Notes: generated by a model not told the origin, from the sequence alone. A stretch of 64,000 nucleotides of DNA from SAR86 cluster bacterium (GCA_023703555.1 CP097968.1:842307-906306); one strand, 5' to 3'; counted from the first letter of the stretch, positions 37,596 through 47,894 are shown. Numbers and translations: made by a program.

Positions 37596-40115
37596 CTAAA
37601 AGCTGTATTTTACACCTAAAGATATTGATGAAGCAGTGGAATAGCTTTCGAAAACTTCATTACCTTGTAGAGCTTCATAGGGGTCTTCTAATAAATTTCT
37701 CAGCTTTAAAGTGATGTCAAGCGTACCATCTAAAGCGTAGTAAGTTCTATTATAAACTACGTCCAACTGAGCTGGTAAATCTTCCATAACATTGGGGATA
37801 GTATCAACTCCAAGCTCTCTTATTCTATTGCCAACATCATTGTAAACAACGCTAAACCTTGAATCATCAGCTCCATAAAAACCAAACTGAAGATTAAAAA
37901 TATCATCAGGCTGCCCAACAAGAGGTCTATCGTCATAAGAGGATAAAGTTATGTATTCAGGATTGGTTACTGCATTTGAATCTGTATAGGTATAGTTCAC
38001 TTTTCCAAAAAAATCATACCCAGATATTAATTCGCCAAATTGTTTTTGAAATTCAAATTCTGCTCCCTCAAGAGTTGCAGATGCAGCATTTCTGTAACTT
38101 ACGTAAGAGTCGGTTGCTGCTGCTTCTAGAACTTGTTCAATTGGGTTTATAAAGCTCTTCTCAAAATAGGAGATCGTTAAAAACTCATCGAAGCCAAAGT
38201 AATACTCATATCGCAAATCAATATTTTCAATTTCCGCTGAAGTTAATTCTGCAAATCCTCTTTCAAACCTATCCGTTTCGAAGTTAACAAATAATACTGG
38301 AGACATTTCTCTAAATTGTGGTCTAGAAACTGTTTCACTAAAACCAATCCTTACTTGCATATTTTCTGCCAACTCATAAGTTAAAGTTAATGCGGGCAAT
38401 AATTTATCCAACTCATCAACAGATTGAATATTTGTTTGATTGCCAAAAAATTGTTGAGTATTTGTTTCGATAAAAGATTCTTCATTTCGAGCTCCGATGC
38501 TTAAACTCAATTGATCTGAAATATCTGTTTCCAGTGAAAAATAGTAGGCATCTATAGTCATATCACCAGTGTAATCATCGGTATTTAGCGATAATTCTTG
38601 CAACACCAAACCAGTACGATCATATCTAAAGTTTTGTGGATGCATTATTGAGTTAATTGGCTGTCTTCTAAATTCTTGATCAGCAAATAAAGCCCCATTA
38701 GTAAAATCTGGCAAGAATGCATATCTTTTCACGTCTGTTTGTCGGTTTTTTTCTGAATGAATTAAACCAAATTTGAAATCTATTAATAAATCCCCAGTTT
38801 CGATAGGATAGTAAAAATCTACTGCCGCCTCGGATGAGTCATCATTTAACCAGGAAAAATTTGTGTAATTACTATCTTGTCTTCGGGAAAATTCATATGC
38901 ACCATTGTTAAATTCATAAAAATGTTCTCTTTCAAATGGTGATTCTCTTTTACCAGTTGAACCATTCAATCTCCAATCAATGGATAACCCGTTTAATAAG
39001 TCGTGTTTACCTGACAATGTTACAGTTTTAATCTCTCGTTCAACCCATTCAGATTTTGTTCTACGCTCATCAAAATCTGCTTCAACATTCCTACCCTCAC
39101 TAATTGTTGTCCTACTATCTGTTTTTCTTACAATTAATCCTGTGAACTGTAGATAATTAAAATCATCAATATCCCACCCAAGAGTACTAAGAAAATTTGT
39201 ATCTATTTGATAATTTGCTTTTTTTACTGCGTAGTTATTTCTTCTAACTAAATTTTCTCCTGACCCACTTGACCATTCTGATCGAAGAATATCAGGTTGA
39301 TTATCTTTACTTGAATCGTAACCTGCACTAATTAATAGACCCAATCTGCCCAGCTCGTTTAAGTCATAAGCATTGCCATAACTGACATCAAAACCGAAAT
39401 CTGGATATAGTTCGGTTTTAAGTGGTTGCCAAGTACCAGTAAATCCTTGAGCAGCATATTGAATATCGTAATATGATGAAGTCGCTAGAGAAATGAAATC
39501 CGAATTTGCATAAAGTGGTGCTAGTGATGCAGGCAAGTCTCTGTCACCCATATCAAAACCTGTCCAATCATTATCGTATTGCGGCATCAAATCTACTTCC
39601 TCGCCCGTGGCTAAAGAATCGTAAGAAGTAGAAAAACTAATTTCAGTAAATTCTTGGTCTGGTATCAATTTTGTTCTCATATCGATCACTCCGCCACCAA
39701 ATTCACCTGGATATTGAGCGGAGTATGTTTTTTGTACTAAAACGGAGTCCAATATTGAAGTTGGAAAAATATCAAAGGGGACAACTCTTTTTAAAGGTTC
39801 GGGGCTAGGCAATAAAACACCATTCAACAACGCTGAGGAATATCTCTCACCTAATCCTCTAACATAAACATATTTTCCTTTTACTAAACTTAAACCCGTA
39901 ATTCTTTTTAATGCATCAGCAGCATCGCTATCTCCAGCAACACTAATGTCTTCTGCATCAATAACATTAGAAATTTCACTAGTATCTCTTTTCTCATCTG
40001 GAATAAAACTTTCTACAACCCTAACCTCTTCAACACTATCACTGGCCACATCTGTTTCTTGGGCATAAGAAATTATTGATATTAAAAGTGATGATATTGT
40101 GAACAAAATTCTCAT
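37596..40115 (-). CDS. TonB-dependent receptor
   Basis: 839 aa with a signal peptide ...SYAQE, TonB box VEEVRVVES, plug YVRGLGERYSSALLNG...PGEFGGGVIDMRTK and a C-terminal GVKYSF. Confidence 0.9.
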   Translation of the reverse strand: MRILFTISSLLISIISYAQETDVASDSVEEVRVVESFIPDEKRDTSEISNVIDAEDISVAGDSDAADALKRITGLSLVKGKYVYVRGLGERYSSALLNGVLLPSPEPLKRVVPFDIFPTSILDSVLVQKTYSAQYPGEFGGGVIDMRTKLIPDQEFTEISFSTSYDSLATGEEVDLMPQYDNDWTGFDMGDRDLPASLAPLYANSDFISLATSSYYDIQYAAQGFTGTWQPLKTELYPDFGFDVSYGNAYDLNELGRLGLLISAGYDSSKDNQPDILRSEWSSGSGENLVRRNNYAVKKANYQIDTNFLSTLGWDIDDFNYLQFTGLIVRKTDSRTTISEGRNVEADFDERRTKSEWVEREIKTVTLSGKHDLLNGLSIDWRLNGSTGKRESPFEREHFYEFNNGAYEFSRRQDSNYTNFSWLNDDSSEAAVDFYYPIETGDLLIDFKFGLIHSEKNRQTDVKRYAFLPDFTNGALFADQEFRRQPINSIMHPQNFRYDRTGLVLQELSLNTDDYTGDMTIDAYYFSLETDISDQLSLSIGARNEESFIETNTQQFFGNQTNIQSVDELDKLLPALTLTYELAENMQVRIGFSETVSRPQFREMSPVLFVNFETDRFERGFAELTSAEIENIDLRYEYYFGFDEFLTISYFEKSFINPIEQVLEAAATDSYVSYRNAASATLEGAEFEFQKQFGELISGYDFFGKVNYTYTDSNAVTNPEYITLSSYDDRPLVGQPDDIFNLQFGFYGADDSRFSVVYNDVGNRIRELGVDTIPNVMEDLPAQLDVVYNRTYYALDGTLDITLKLRNLLEDPYEALQGNEVFESYSTASSISLGVKYSF

Positions 40116-40167
40116 ATAGACTCCTACGAGATTAAAGTTAACTCTAAATTAATACTTTAAAGATTCC

Positions 40168-40188
40168 TTTTTGTAACAAATTTGTAAC
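40168..40188 (-). promoter_or_regulatory. Direct repeat GTTACAAAT-tt-GTTACAAAA upstream of the TBDR gene (candidate -35 element or operator)
   Basis: Minus strand reads aaaGTTACAAATTTGTTACAAAAAgg, 53-73 nt upstream of the ATG at 40115 and immediately after the terminator T-tract. TATTAA lies 16 nt downstream of TTACAA. The same TGTTACAAAA word occurs upstream of the lipoprotein gene. Confidence 0.3.
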
Positions 40189-40191
40189 TTT

Positions 40192-40218
40192 AAAAAAAGC
40201 TACCCTCGAAAGGGTAGC
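40192..40218 (-). terminator. Rho-independent terminator after the lipoprotein gene
   Basis: Minus strand reads GCTACCCT-ttcg-AGGGTAGC followed by TTTTTTT. It is an 8-bp perfect stem with a TTCG tetraloop, 21 nt after the stop at 40239. Confidence 0.85.
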
Positions 40219-40238
40219 TTTAATCATCAATATTTTTA

Positions 40239-43181
40239 CTATTCTGATGAACTAGCTGGCTTAAATGCCCAATTATCAGTCCAATCGGCATCTGCTGAAG
40301 GAACAGCTCCGACATGTCCTGTTACCTCGAAGAAGTCTCCTGCAACAGTAACTGGGGTTAAAGCTGACTCCGTAGCACCATTAACATATCCTGCTAATGA
40401 AGCGCCTCCTGCTGAAGCAGTATTAGTATTTGAGGATAATAAAGCTTCAATTTGAGCAGCAGTAGGGCCACTAGTATCTTCCTGTGCTAACGTTGCACAA
40501 GCAAACAAGTTACCATCATAGTCATGACCTTCTCCGGCAGTACCGTCACCATTAAAGTCATAAGTTTCATCATTATCTATATCCCAACATGTGCTTGCTC
40601 CTTCATCAGCAACCACTGAGTTATAAATATTCAGACCTGTACCCTCTCTAAGTAGTACTGCCTGCCCATCTCTACTAACAATTGTTAAGTTAGCAAATGT
40701 TGGTAATGATCTTGGCTCTCTATCCATATCTGAACCGTAGTTATCAGCTTCGATAGATCTGTCAACATCAAATGTTTGACCTTGATTTTGCCAAACAATT
40801 GCATGCTGTACATTACCTCGCCAACCATCAGTCCAATCTATAGAGTCATCCGAAGCACCCATTACAAGTAAGTGCTTAGCATTAACAGTACCTCCAAAGA
40901 ACTCTACACCGTCATCAGATGTATTGTAGGTCTGAATATAATTTAGTTCAGTTAGGTTACCCACAGCTTGGAATGCAATACCATTCAATTCATCTTCTGA
41001 GTTAAATAGTCTTCCAGCATGTTTTAATACAAGGTAGAAAATATTTCCACTATTGTCAGCATCGTCAATACCACCGTAAGAGCCTGAACCTCCTTCACCA
41101 TCTGCAGTACAATTTGCTGTACCAACATCTGAAAGATTACAAGCTGTTTGACTAGCTAGACCATTAATAACCAAACCACCCCAGTCGGATGCCACACTTG
41201 ACATATCTGCAGCTGTATCTCTAACTTCTCTACCTGAAGTCATAGTGACGGGAGCACCAGGTGCACCATTAATCATTATTTTAGAATGAATTGGGACAAG
41301 AACGGCATCAAAATCTGTTATTGCACCTTCACCAGCATAACTGTCACTGTATAGGGTAACACCAGGATCAATTTGCAAGTACTTAGCACCAGACCCATCT
41401 GCAGCCCCAGTTCCAACTTTTACTTGTTTAACCATCAAGTATGGTAAGCCACCACCGACAAGTCTTATATTCTTGTCTTCGGATTGAGCTGAAACAAGCT
41501 CACATGCCGCACCAGCACCATCTTTCATATTTCCAAGTGTCGTTCCATATGGACACTCAAATGAATCCATATGAAGACCAAAAGTCCAGCCTTTGGTCCA
41601 ATCGTTAGCATCACTTTCAACGCCACCAATAAAAGAGGCATCTTCTAGATTTGCATCTTGTGCACTAGCAGTCGCTAATGAATATCCTGAAGCAAGTGGG
41701 TGAGTAATATAAGCTGCATTTCTCATACTTCCATGTAAGCCAGAAGCACCAAAATGGGCGCCATTATTTCCTGTTAAGATATAGTCGCTTACACTAAAAG
41801 CATTTGGAAAATCTGCTTCGCCAACTTCTTCGTCTTGCACTAAGCCCCCTTGGCCAATTGCGCCACACTTAATGGAGTCAAAAAGAGTTCCAGCAAAGCT
41901 TAAACCGTTTTCTTGAGCCATAAAGCGATATGTTTCATCATCATCGACATCAACACAACCTGAACTACCTTCTGCGTTTCCTGATACTATTGAATTCAAA
42001 AGTTTTACACCAGTTCCCTCTCTAAGTTGTAGGGTATCGCCACCATAATCTTGGACAAAAGTAATATTTGCCAGAGCTGGGAATGATCTTGGCGATCTAT
42101 CCATATCACTGCCATAATTATCAGCTTCGATAACATTGTCTTTAGATCTTGCTGCATCTGTTACAGGGAAAAGTGTTTGTATAACCACACCGTATTGTGC
42201 AAAACCTCTCCATCCGTCTGTCCAGTCAACAGAGTCATCTGAAGCACCGGTGACAACAAAATGCTTCATACCTACAGTACCACCAAAAAATTCAATCCCA
42301 TCGTCTGAACCATTATGTACCTGAATGTAGTTAACAGATGTTCCAGAACCAACTGCTTGAAAAGCAACGCCATTCAATTCATCGTCATTAGAGAACCTAT
42401 AGCCTGCATATTTAACTTGCATGTAATTGATTGAACCAGAATTATCTTCATCGTCTGTGCCGCCGTAGTACCCTGAGTCTCCTTCACCTTCTGCAGTACA
42501 TGCAGCTGTTCCAAGGTCTGCTTCATTACAATTATTTTGAGCTGCGAGACCAGATATAACTAAACCACCCCATTGTGCTTCAGCACCATCTGTTACTTCA
42601 CCTGTTAAATCACTTACACCGGTCATGATGACAGGAGCTGAGGCAGTACCATTCACATTCAACTGAGAATTTGGACTAACAACCAAGTAATCCACATCAG
42701 AATCAGAGACTGAATCGCCGAGAGATGCAACAAAGCTTGTTGCGTCTTCAAATCCGGCACCTGCGGTACCAACTATTGTTGTACCTGCTTCAATTGTCAA
42801 TGATCCGTTATCTCCCGCACTTGAGCCATCGGCGTTAATCCCTGCACCAACAAATACTGCTCCATTTAAAGCATAAATTGCATCAGAGCTTATTGTTACA
42901 TCAGATGCTATTGGGGCTGATGATGGGAAAGTAAGAATACACACAGATTTACTTTGACCATCAAAGTCAGTAGCAACAATGCCTGAATCTTCACCAGCAG
43001 CACATGCAGAAGGTGCAGGTGTTGGTTCTGGTGTTGGTTCTGGCGTTGGAGCCGGCGTTGGCGCTGGCGTTGGAGCCGGCGTTGGAGCAGGAGTAGGAGC
43101 TGGCTCACTTGAACCACCACCACAAGCTGCAACAAATAAAGTCGTTATTACAATCGAAATAGGATTAAAAAAATTTTTCAT
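40239..43181 (-). CDS. Large lipoprotein of unknown function with Pro/Thr linker and two tandem copies of a roughly 450-aa module (beta-helix-like)
   Basis: 980 aa with lipobox LFVAAC (Cys20), a GGGSSE(PAPTP)n linker, then two homologous halves (about aa 76-535 and 540-975). Details are in the findings. Confidence 0.85.
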   Translation of the reverse strand: MKNFFNPISIVITTLFVAACGGGSSEPAPTPAPTPAPTPAPTPAPTPEPTPEPTPAPSACAAGEDSGIVATDFDGQSKSVCILTFPSSAPIASDVTISSDAIYALNGAVFVGAGINADGSSAGDNGSLTIEAGTTIVGTAGAGFEDATSFVASLGDSVSDSDVDYLVVSPNSQLNVNGTASAPVIMTGVSDLTGEVTDGAEAQWGGLVISGLAAQNNCNEADLGTAACTAEGEGDSGYYGGTDDEDNSGSINYMQVKYAGYRFSNDDELNGVAFQAVGSGTSVNYIQVHNGSDDGIEFFGGTVGMKHFVVTGASDDSVDWTDGWRGFAQYGVVIQTLFPVTDAARSKDNVIEADNYGSDMDRSPRSFPALANITFVQDYGGDTLQLREGTGVKLLNSIVSGNAEGSSGCVDVDDDETYRFMAQENGLSFAGTLFDSIKCGAIGQGGLVQDEEVGEADFPNAFSVSDYILTGNNGAHFGASGLHGSMRNAAYITHPLASGYSLATASAQDANLEDASFIGGVESDANDWTKGWTFGLHMDSFECPYGTTLGNMKDGAGAACELVSAQSEDKNIRLVGGGLPYLMVKQVKVGTGAADGSGAKYLQIDPGVTLYSDSYAGEGAITDFDAVLVPIHSKIMINGAPGAPVTMTSGREVRDTAADMSSVASDWGGLVINGLASQTACNLSDVGTANCTADGEGGSGSYGGIDDADNSGNIFYLVLKHAGRLFNSEDELNGIAFQAVGNLTELNYIQTYNTSDDGVEFFGGTVNAKHLLVMGASDDSIDWTDGWRGNVQHAIVWQNQGQTFDVDRSIEADNYGSDMDREPRSLPTFANLTIVSRDGQAVLLREGTGLNIYNSVVADEGASTCWDIDNDETYDFNGDGTAGEGHDYDGNLFACATLAQEDTSGPTAAQIEALLSSNTNTASAGGASLAGYVNGATESALTPVTVAGDFFEVTGHVGAVPSADADWTDNWAFKPASSSE
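43011..43103 (-). repeat. 12-nt-period tandem repeat encoding the (A/E)PTP linker of the lipoprotein
   Basis: Plus strand reads ggtgttggttct ggtgttggttct ggcgttggagcc ggcgttggcgct ggcgttggagcc ggcgttggagca..., encoding [31 protein letters not shown]. Confidence 0.9.
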
Positions 43182-43230
43182 AAAATTCCTCTCAAACGAA
43201 ATTGTTCTAAATTTAATGTTATGAGTTATT

Positions 43231-43292
43231 TGTTACAGAAATTTGAAGTATTGAAACAGTATTAAAAATTTTTTGTTTCTATTTTGTAACAG
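43231..43292. promoter_or_regulatory. Inverted pair of TGTTACA(A/G)AAT words upstream of the lipoprotein gene
   Basis: Plus strand has TGTTACAGAAAT at 43231-43242. Minus strand has CTGTTACAAAAT at 43292-43281. The pair sits 50-111 nt upstream of the ATG at 43181. Confidence 0.3.
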
Positions 43293-43295
43293 TTC

Positions 43296-44450
43296 TTATT
43301 CTTCAGCAAAAAACATAACATGTTTTTCTTCAAGCCGATCAAGTAATTTTTGACCCATAGCTGGGGCAGTAGTGTAAATGCCACCAGCTAATTCAGGGCA
43401 ATCAAATAACAAACACAAAGCACTTTCAGCAATCATTTTCGAAGTAGAGGAATAACCAGGATCCCCTTCACCTTTGACAGAGACATTAATTTTTATCTCC
43501 CCATCGTCTACTCCAGTAAATAACATATCGTAGCTTCCTGAATCTCTGGATTCTTTTGAAGGACCTTCGCCAGGTTTTGGAACCTTATCGCCAAGTAGTG
43601 GGTTATAAGCTGAAATTAACTCTGCTTTTTTTTGACCAGCTTCTCCTGGACCACAGGAGAACATCTCATCATAGAGGAAGCTCTCTCCATAAAGATGTCC
43701 CATCATTGTATTTGATCTGTGAACATTTTTCGTATTAATTGCAGCCATAAAGAATGGAGCAACCCACTCGTTAGTAATTTCATCGTAATAAGGCTTGTTA
43801 TCTCTGACTTGCTCAGGTCCTTTAAAACCCTCGCATAAGCAAAATGGATCAATCAATACTTTAAAGAAATCGGGGTTGGTTTTTAATTTTCCTAGTGTTG
43901 CCCGAAGTGATGCAGCTGTGCCACCAGAAAATTCTCCCTTCATTGTTCGTACCCTGCATTTTACTTGCTTGACTGGTTTGCCAAATCTCTCTTTTGCAAG
44001 CTTTTGCAGCATCAGTACACCTAAATCTGAAGGTATAGAATCAAAACCACAACTATGCACTATTCTGGCACCAGACTCTTTTGCAGCTGCCAAGTATTTT
44101 TGCATCTCAAACATCCAACCAGGTTCTCCAGATAAATCCACGTAATCAACACCATTTTTGGCGCACATTGCAAGAACATCGTTTCCATAAAGTTGGTAAG
44201 GGCCGACTGTAGTTAAAATTAAATTTGTCATGCCTATAGCTTTTTCAATATCCTTCATCTTGGTTGAATCCAATAATATAGTTGGAACATCACATTCAAG
44301 CTCTGTTTTAACTGCGTCCATTTTTTCTTGATTTCTGGCTGCTATAGCCCATTTGAGACCAGAATAATTTTCGTTTAAATATTCCACTACTAACGCTCCA
44401 GTAAAACTAGTTGCGCCAAAGACTAATAAGTCATATTCTTTTTCACTCAT
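43296..44450 (-). CDS. Saccharopine dehydrogenase-family NAD(P)-binding protein
   Basis: 384 aa with an N-terminal Rossmann motif YDLLVFGATSFTGALVVEYL and family-typical length. Substrate unknown. Confidence 0.7.
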   Translation of the reverse strand: MSEKEYDLLVFGATSFTGALVVEYLNENYSGLKWAIAARNQEKMDAVKTELECDVPTILLDSTKMKDIEKAIGMTNLILTTVGPYQLYGNDVLAMCAKNGVDYVDLSGEPGWMFEMQKYLAAAKESGARIVHSCGFDSIPSDLGVLMLQKLAKERFGKPVKQVKCRVRTMKGEFSGGTAASLRATLGKLKTNPDFFKVLIDPFCLCEGFKGPEQVRDNKPYYDEITNEWVAPFFMAAINTKNVHRSNTMMGHLYGESFLYDEMFSCGPGEAGQKKAELISAYNPLLGDKVPKPGEGPSKESRDSGSYDMLFTGVDDGEIKINVSVKGEGDPGYSSTSKMIAESALCLLFDCPELAGGIYTTAPAMGQKLLDRLEEKHVMFFAEE

Positions 44451-44452
44451 GT

Positions 44453-45652
44453 TTAACTCCCCTGAATCGTGATATAAATAATTTTTTTCTTGCCAACTTG
44501 GATAAGTTTTTTTGTGTTAGGTTCGACATGAAAATCTTTTGAGTCTATTTTGATTTGGTCAATTTTCACCGCACCTTGGCTTATAAGACGTAAAGCTTCA
44601 GATGTGCTAGAGGCAAAACCAATGTCTTTAAGAAGATTAGGTAAAGGATAGTCTCCCTTATGCTTTACAGTTTTTTCCTCAATATCACTGGGCAATTCGT
44701 TTTTTGCAAATTTTTTAAAAAAATTTTCTTTAGCAGTTTCTGCCTCTTTCACAGAGGTAAATCTCTCAGTCAGTTCGAACGCTAAGACAATTTTTGCATC
44801 TCTCGGATTACTACCTTCATCAACTGTTTTCTTTATTTGCTTTATCTCATTTGCTGGTAACAGACTTAATAAATCGAACCACTTAAACATTATCTCATCA
44901 GGAATGGACATAGTTTTTCCGAAGATTTGATCAGCATCTTCAGTAATTCCAATATAGTTGTTTTCCGACTTTGACATTTTTTTTATGCCATCAAGTCCTT
45001 CTAGTAATGGCAAAGTAATAATAGTTTGAGGAGACATGCCTTTGTTTTTTTGCAAATCCCTTCCAACCAAGAGATTAAACTTTTGGTCAGTACCACCTAA
45101 TTCAACATCTGCCTCAAGCTCCACTGAATCTTGGCCTTGCATTAATGGATATAAAAATTCGTGAATAGAAATTGGCTGATTATTTTTATATCTTTTAGAA
45201 AAATCATCCCTCTCAATCATTCTCGCTATGGTTGATTGAGCTGAGAGTTTTATCATATCTGCAGCGGTCATTTTATCGCCCCATCTGGAATTGAAGTCAA
45301 CTACAGTTTTATCTTTATCAAGCACGTTAAAGACCTGATCGGCATAGGTTTGGGCATTTTCTTTGATTTCTGTATCAGTTAGTGGAGGTCTTGTTTTGTT
45401 TTTTCCACTTGGATCGCCAATTTTTCCTGTAAAATCGCCGATCAAAAAAATTACTTTATGTCCCAAATCTTGGAATTGCCGCATTTTTCTTAAGATCACA
45501 GTATGACCAAGATGCAAATCAGGAGCAGTTGGGTCAAAACCAACTTTTACCTTGAGTTTTCTTCCACTTTTAAGCTTTTGAATAAGATTATCTTCCCCAA
45601 TAATTTCTTCTATACCATATTTAATGATTTCTAATTGTTTTTTATAATCCAT
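44453..45652 (-). CDS. tyrS: Tyrosine--tRNA ligase
   Basis: 399 aa with HLGH (the HIGH motif), KMSKS and a C-terminal S4-like domain. Confidence 0.95.
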   Translation of the reverse strand: MDYKKQLEIIKYGIEEIIGEDNLIQKLKSGRKLKVKVGFDPTAPDLHLGHTVILRKMRQFQDLGHKVIFLIGDFTGKIGDPSGKNKTRPPLTDTEIKENAQTYADQVFNVLDKDKTVVDFNSRWGDKMTAADMIKLSAQSTIARMIERDDFSKRYKNNQPISIHEFLYPLMQGQDSVELEADVELGGTDQKFNLLVGRDLQKNKGMSPQTIITLPLLEGLDGIKKMSKSENNYIGITEDADQIFGKTMSIPDEIMFKWFDLLSLLPANEIKQIKKTVDEGSNPRDAKIVLAFELTERFTSVKEAETAKENFFKKFAKNELPSDIEEKTVKHKGDYPLPNLLKDIGFASSTSEALRLISQGAVKIDQIKIDSKDFHVEPNTKKLIQVGKKKIIYITIQGS

Positions 45653-45676
45653 AACTGCACTTATATAATATCAGAC

Positions 45677-46912
45677 ATGTATAGCAGGTCACATTTAAAA
45701 TATATTTTAATAATCCTACTTGTTCCGGTCTTTTTAGTGAGCTTAATAGCCGCCGACAGAGAAAACACTGTTACAAATGAGGAAATTGAAATAACTTCGC
45801 TTAATTTAAATCAAGTTCAAAATAGATCAATTAATTACGTAGGCACTGAAAATAAAATTAAGATCAAAAGTGGAGATACAATTTATTCAATACTCATCGA
45901 TTTAGGTGTTACTGCAAAGTTGATCAATAGAATCGCGAGTGATAAAAATGCAGAAAACTTTATACGACTTAAAGTAAATGAAGAAATATATGTAACCCAA
46001 AATAAAGAATTCTTGTTGCTCGAGAAATACGACGATGAATTTTATAATTTAAGTCTAACGATCAATGGAGATAGTTTTGACTACGCTAAAAGTCGTGATG
46101 ATCTTAAAAGATTAAAACAGTTTAAAGAGTTCGTAATAACTGATTCTCTGTATGCGTCTGGTAAAAAAATTGATGTGCCCGACAGTATTCTTGGTGATTT
46201 AATTTATATCTTTGGCTGGGATATTGATTATGTATACGACATCAGAAACGGCGATAAAGTAAGAATTCTTTATGAAAATATTTACTCCAAAGGAAGGTTG
46301 ATTAAAACTGGAGATATATTAGCCGCTGAATTTGTTAATCGTGGAGAGGAGTTATCAGTTATTAGGTTTACTCAAAGAGGCAGAAAGGATTATTACTCAC
46401 TCGATAGTACAAATATTAGAAAAGCTTTTCTGAGAACACCTATAGAGTTTGCCAGAATAAGCTCTCATTACAATCCTAATAGAAAGCACCCAATTCTTAA
46501 TACTATTAAAGCACATAAGGGGACCGACTACGCTGCAAAAAGAGGCACTCCAGTTAAGGTTACAGGCGATGGAGTTATCAAGACGATGAAATACTCAAAT
46601 TCTTATGGGAATTATATTGATGTAATTCATTACAATAAATATCTTACCAGATATGCACATCTTCAATCCTTTTCAAAAAATATAAAGCTTGGTGCAAAGG
46701 TCCAACAAGGAGATACTATTGGTTTCGTTGGATCAACAGGTCTTGCTACTGGACCACATCTACATTATGAGTTTCATATTGATGGGAAACATACGGATCC
46801 AGTGAAAGTAGAGCCTCCAAATGCTCAATCAATAAATTCATTTAACAAAAAGTATTTTGATAAGCTTGCAAGTGAAAGGAAGCAACTCATCAAAAAACTC
46901 ACGGCTATTTAA
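45677..46912 (+). CDS. M23-family murein DD-endopeptidase (MepM/YebA-like)
   Basis: HKGTDYAA and GSTGLATGPHLHYEF zinc-ligand motifs, with an N-terminal TM segment. The start was moved to ATG 45677 to avoid overlap with the tyrS 5' end. Confidence 0.85.
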   Translation: MYSRSHLKYILIILLVPVFLVSLIAADRENTVTNEEIEITSLNLNQVQNRSINYVGTENKIKIKSGDTIYSILIDLGVTAKLINRIASDKNAENFIRLKVNEEIYVTQNKEFLLLEKYDDEFYNLSLTINGDSFDYAKSRDDLKRLKQFKEFVITDSLYASGKKIDVPDSILGDLIYIFGWDIDYVYDIRNGDKVRILYENIYSKGRLIKTGDILAAEFVNRGEELSVIRFTQRGRKDYYSLDSTNIRKAFLRTPIEFARISSHYNPNRKHPILNTIKAHKGTDYAAKRGTPVKVTGDGVIKTMKYSNSYGNYIDVIHYNKYLTRYAHLQSFSKNIKLGAKVQQGDTIGFVGSTGLATGPHLHYEFHIDGKHTDPVKVEPPNAQSINSFNKKYFDKLASERKQLIKKLTAI

Positions 46913-46916
46913 ATTA

Positions 46917-47894
46917 ATGTCATATTTCTTAGGTTTAATGTCAGGGACTAGCCGAGACTCGCTCGATATTTGCTGTGTAAGCTTTGAACCTAAGTTTAAA
47001 GTTATTTCAAATGATACTTTAGGATTTTCAGAATCATATAAATCCACTAAAAATACGACCTATATCGATAATGAAATTACTTTAAAAAGCATTGAAGCTG
47101 TAAATAACCTCATTAAAAGAAATAGAATCAAACATGAGGATATCGAATGTATTGCTTTTCCAGGGCAAACACTGCTCCATACAAAAAACAAAAGTTTTCA
47201 AGCAGGCAATCCTCAAAAAATTGCTAAAGAAACTAAGTTAATCGTTCGATATGATTTCAGAAATCAAGATATCTCTGAGGGTGGCTTAGGAGCACCTTTG
47301 GTACCCTCCTTCCACAACTATTTATTTGGAGAAATTAACAAGAGTAAGATGATAGTAAATATAGGTGGTATTTGTAATGCAACCCACTTAAAGGGGAATC
47401 AGATACAAGAGGCATCTGATATTGGCCCTGGGAATTGTCTAATGGATTTTTATTGTGTAGGACAGGGACTAGGTGATTTCGATCTGCATGGAAGACTAGC
47501 GTCACAAGGAAGAATTTCTAAAGAGTTGTTTAGAGCATTAAGGAGCACAATACAGTTTGAGCTCTACCCAAGAGCAGACGATATTGCCAACTATTTAATA
47601 AAGCTTAAGACATATGAAAAAATTATAGATAAAACTAAAACAGAAGATGTTTTACGTACATTGATAGAAATTACAGTTTTAGGTATAGAAAAATTTTACC
47701 GTAGTTGTGGTGAGCCAGAAGAAATTATCGTCCATGGTGGAGGCATTTATAATAAATTTCTTATGTACTTGTTAAGTGTTAAGTTTGGAAATACTATCAA
47801 AACATCTGCAAACTATTTAGATCCAAAATTTGTGGAAGCTGCCGCTTTTGCATATTTAGCTTATCTTAAAAAAGGTGTTTTAATCAGACCGTAA
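46917..47894 (+). CDS. anmK: Anhydro-N-acetylmuramic acid kinase
   Basis: MSYFLGLMSGTSRDSLDI matches the AnmK N-terminus (GxMSGTSxDGxD). The start was moved from 46857 to ATG 46917, just after the mepM stop. Confidence 0.85.
   Translation: MSYFLGLMSGTSRDSLDICCVSFEPKFKVISNDTLGFSESYKSTKNTTYIDNEITLKSIEAVNNLIKRNRIKHEDIECIAFPGQTLLHTKNKSFQAGNPQKIAKETKLIVRYDFRNQDISEGGLGAPLVPSFHNYLFGEINKSKMIVNIGGICNATHLKGNQIQEASDIGPGNCLMDFYCVGQGLGDFDLHGRLASQGRISKELFRALRSTIQFELYPRADDIANYLIKLKTYEKIIDKTKTEDVLRTLIEITVLGIEKFYRSCGEPEEIIVHGGGIYNKFLMYLLSVKFGNTIKTSANYLDPKFVEAAAFAYLAYLKKGVLIRP

Noticed and set aside
40116-40238. Cobalamin, TPP or other riboswitch leaders in front of the TBDR genes and thiE.
   Set aside because: The leaders are only about 40-125 nt and are occupied by a terminator and promoter-like elements. 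thiE overlaps hemJ, so it has no leader at all. I recognised no conserved riboswitch cores.
43011-43103. Possible CRISPR-like or minisatellite array.
   Set aside because: The repeat unit is only 12 nt with no spacers. It is in frame inside a CDS and encodes a PT linker, so it is not a CRISPR.
42908-43224. Track ORFs 42979-43224 (+) ([13 protein letters not shown]...) and 42908-43135 (-) (Q/L/R-rich).
   Set aside because: They are alternative-frame or antisense readings of the 12-nt-period Pro/Thr linker repeat of the lipoprotein gene. They are low-complexity artefacts with no independent start context.
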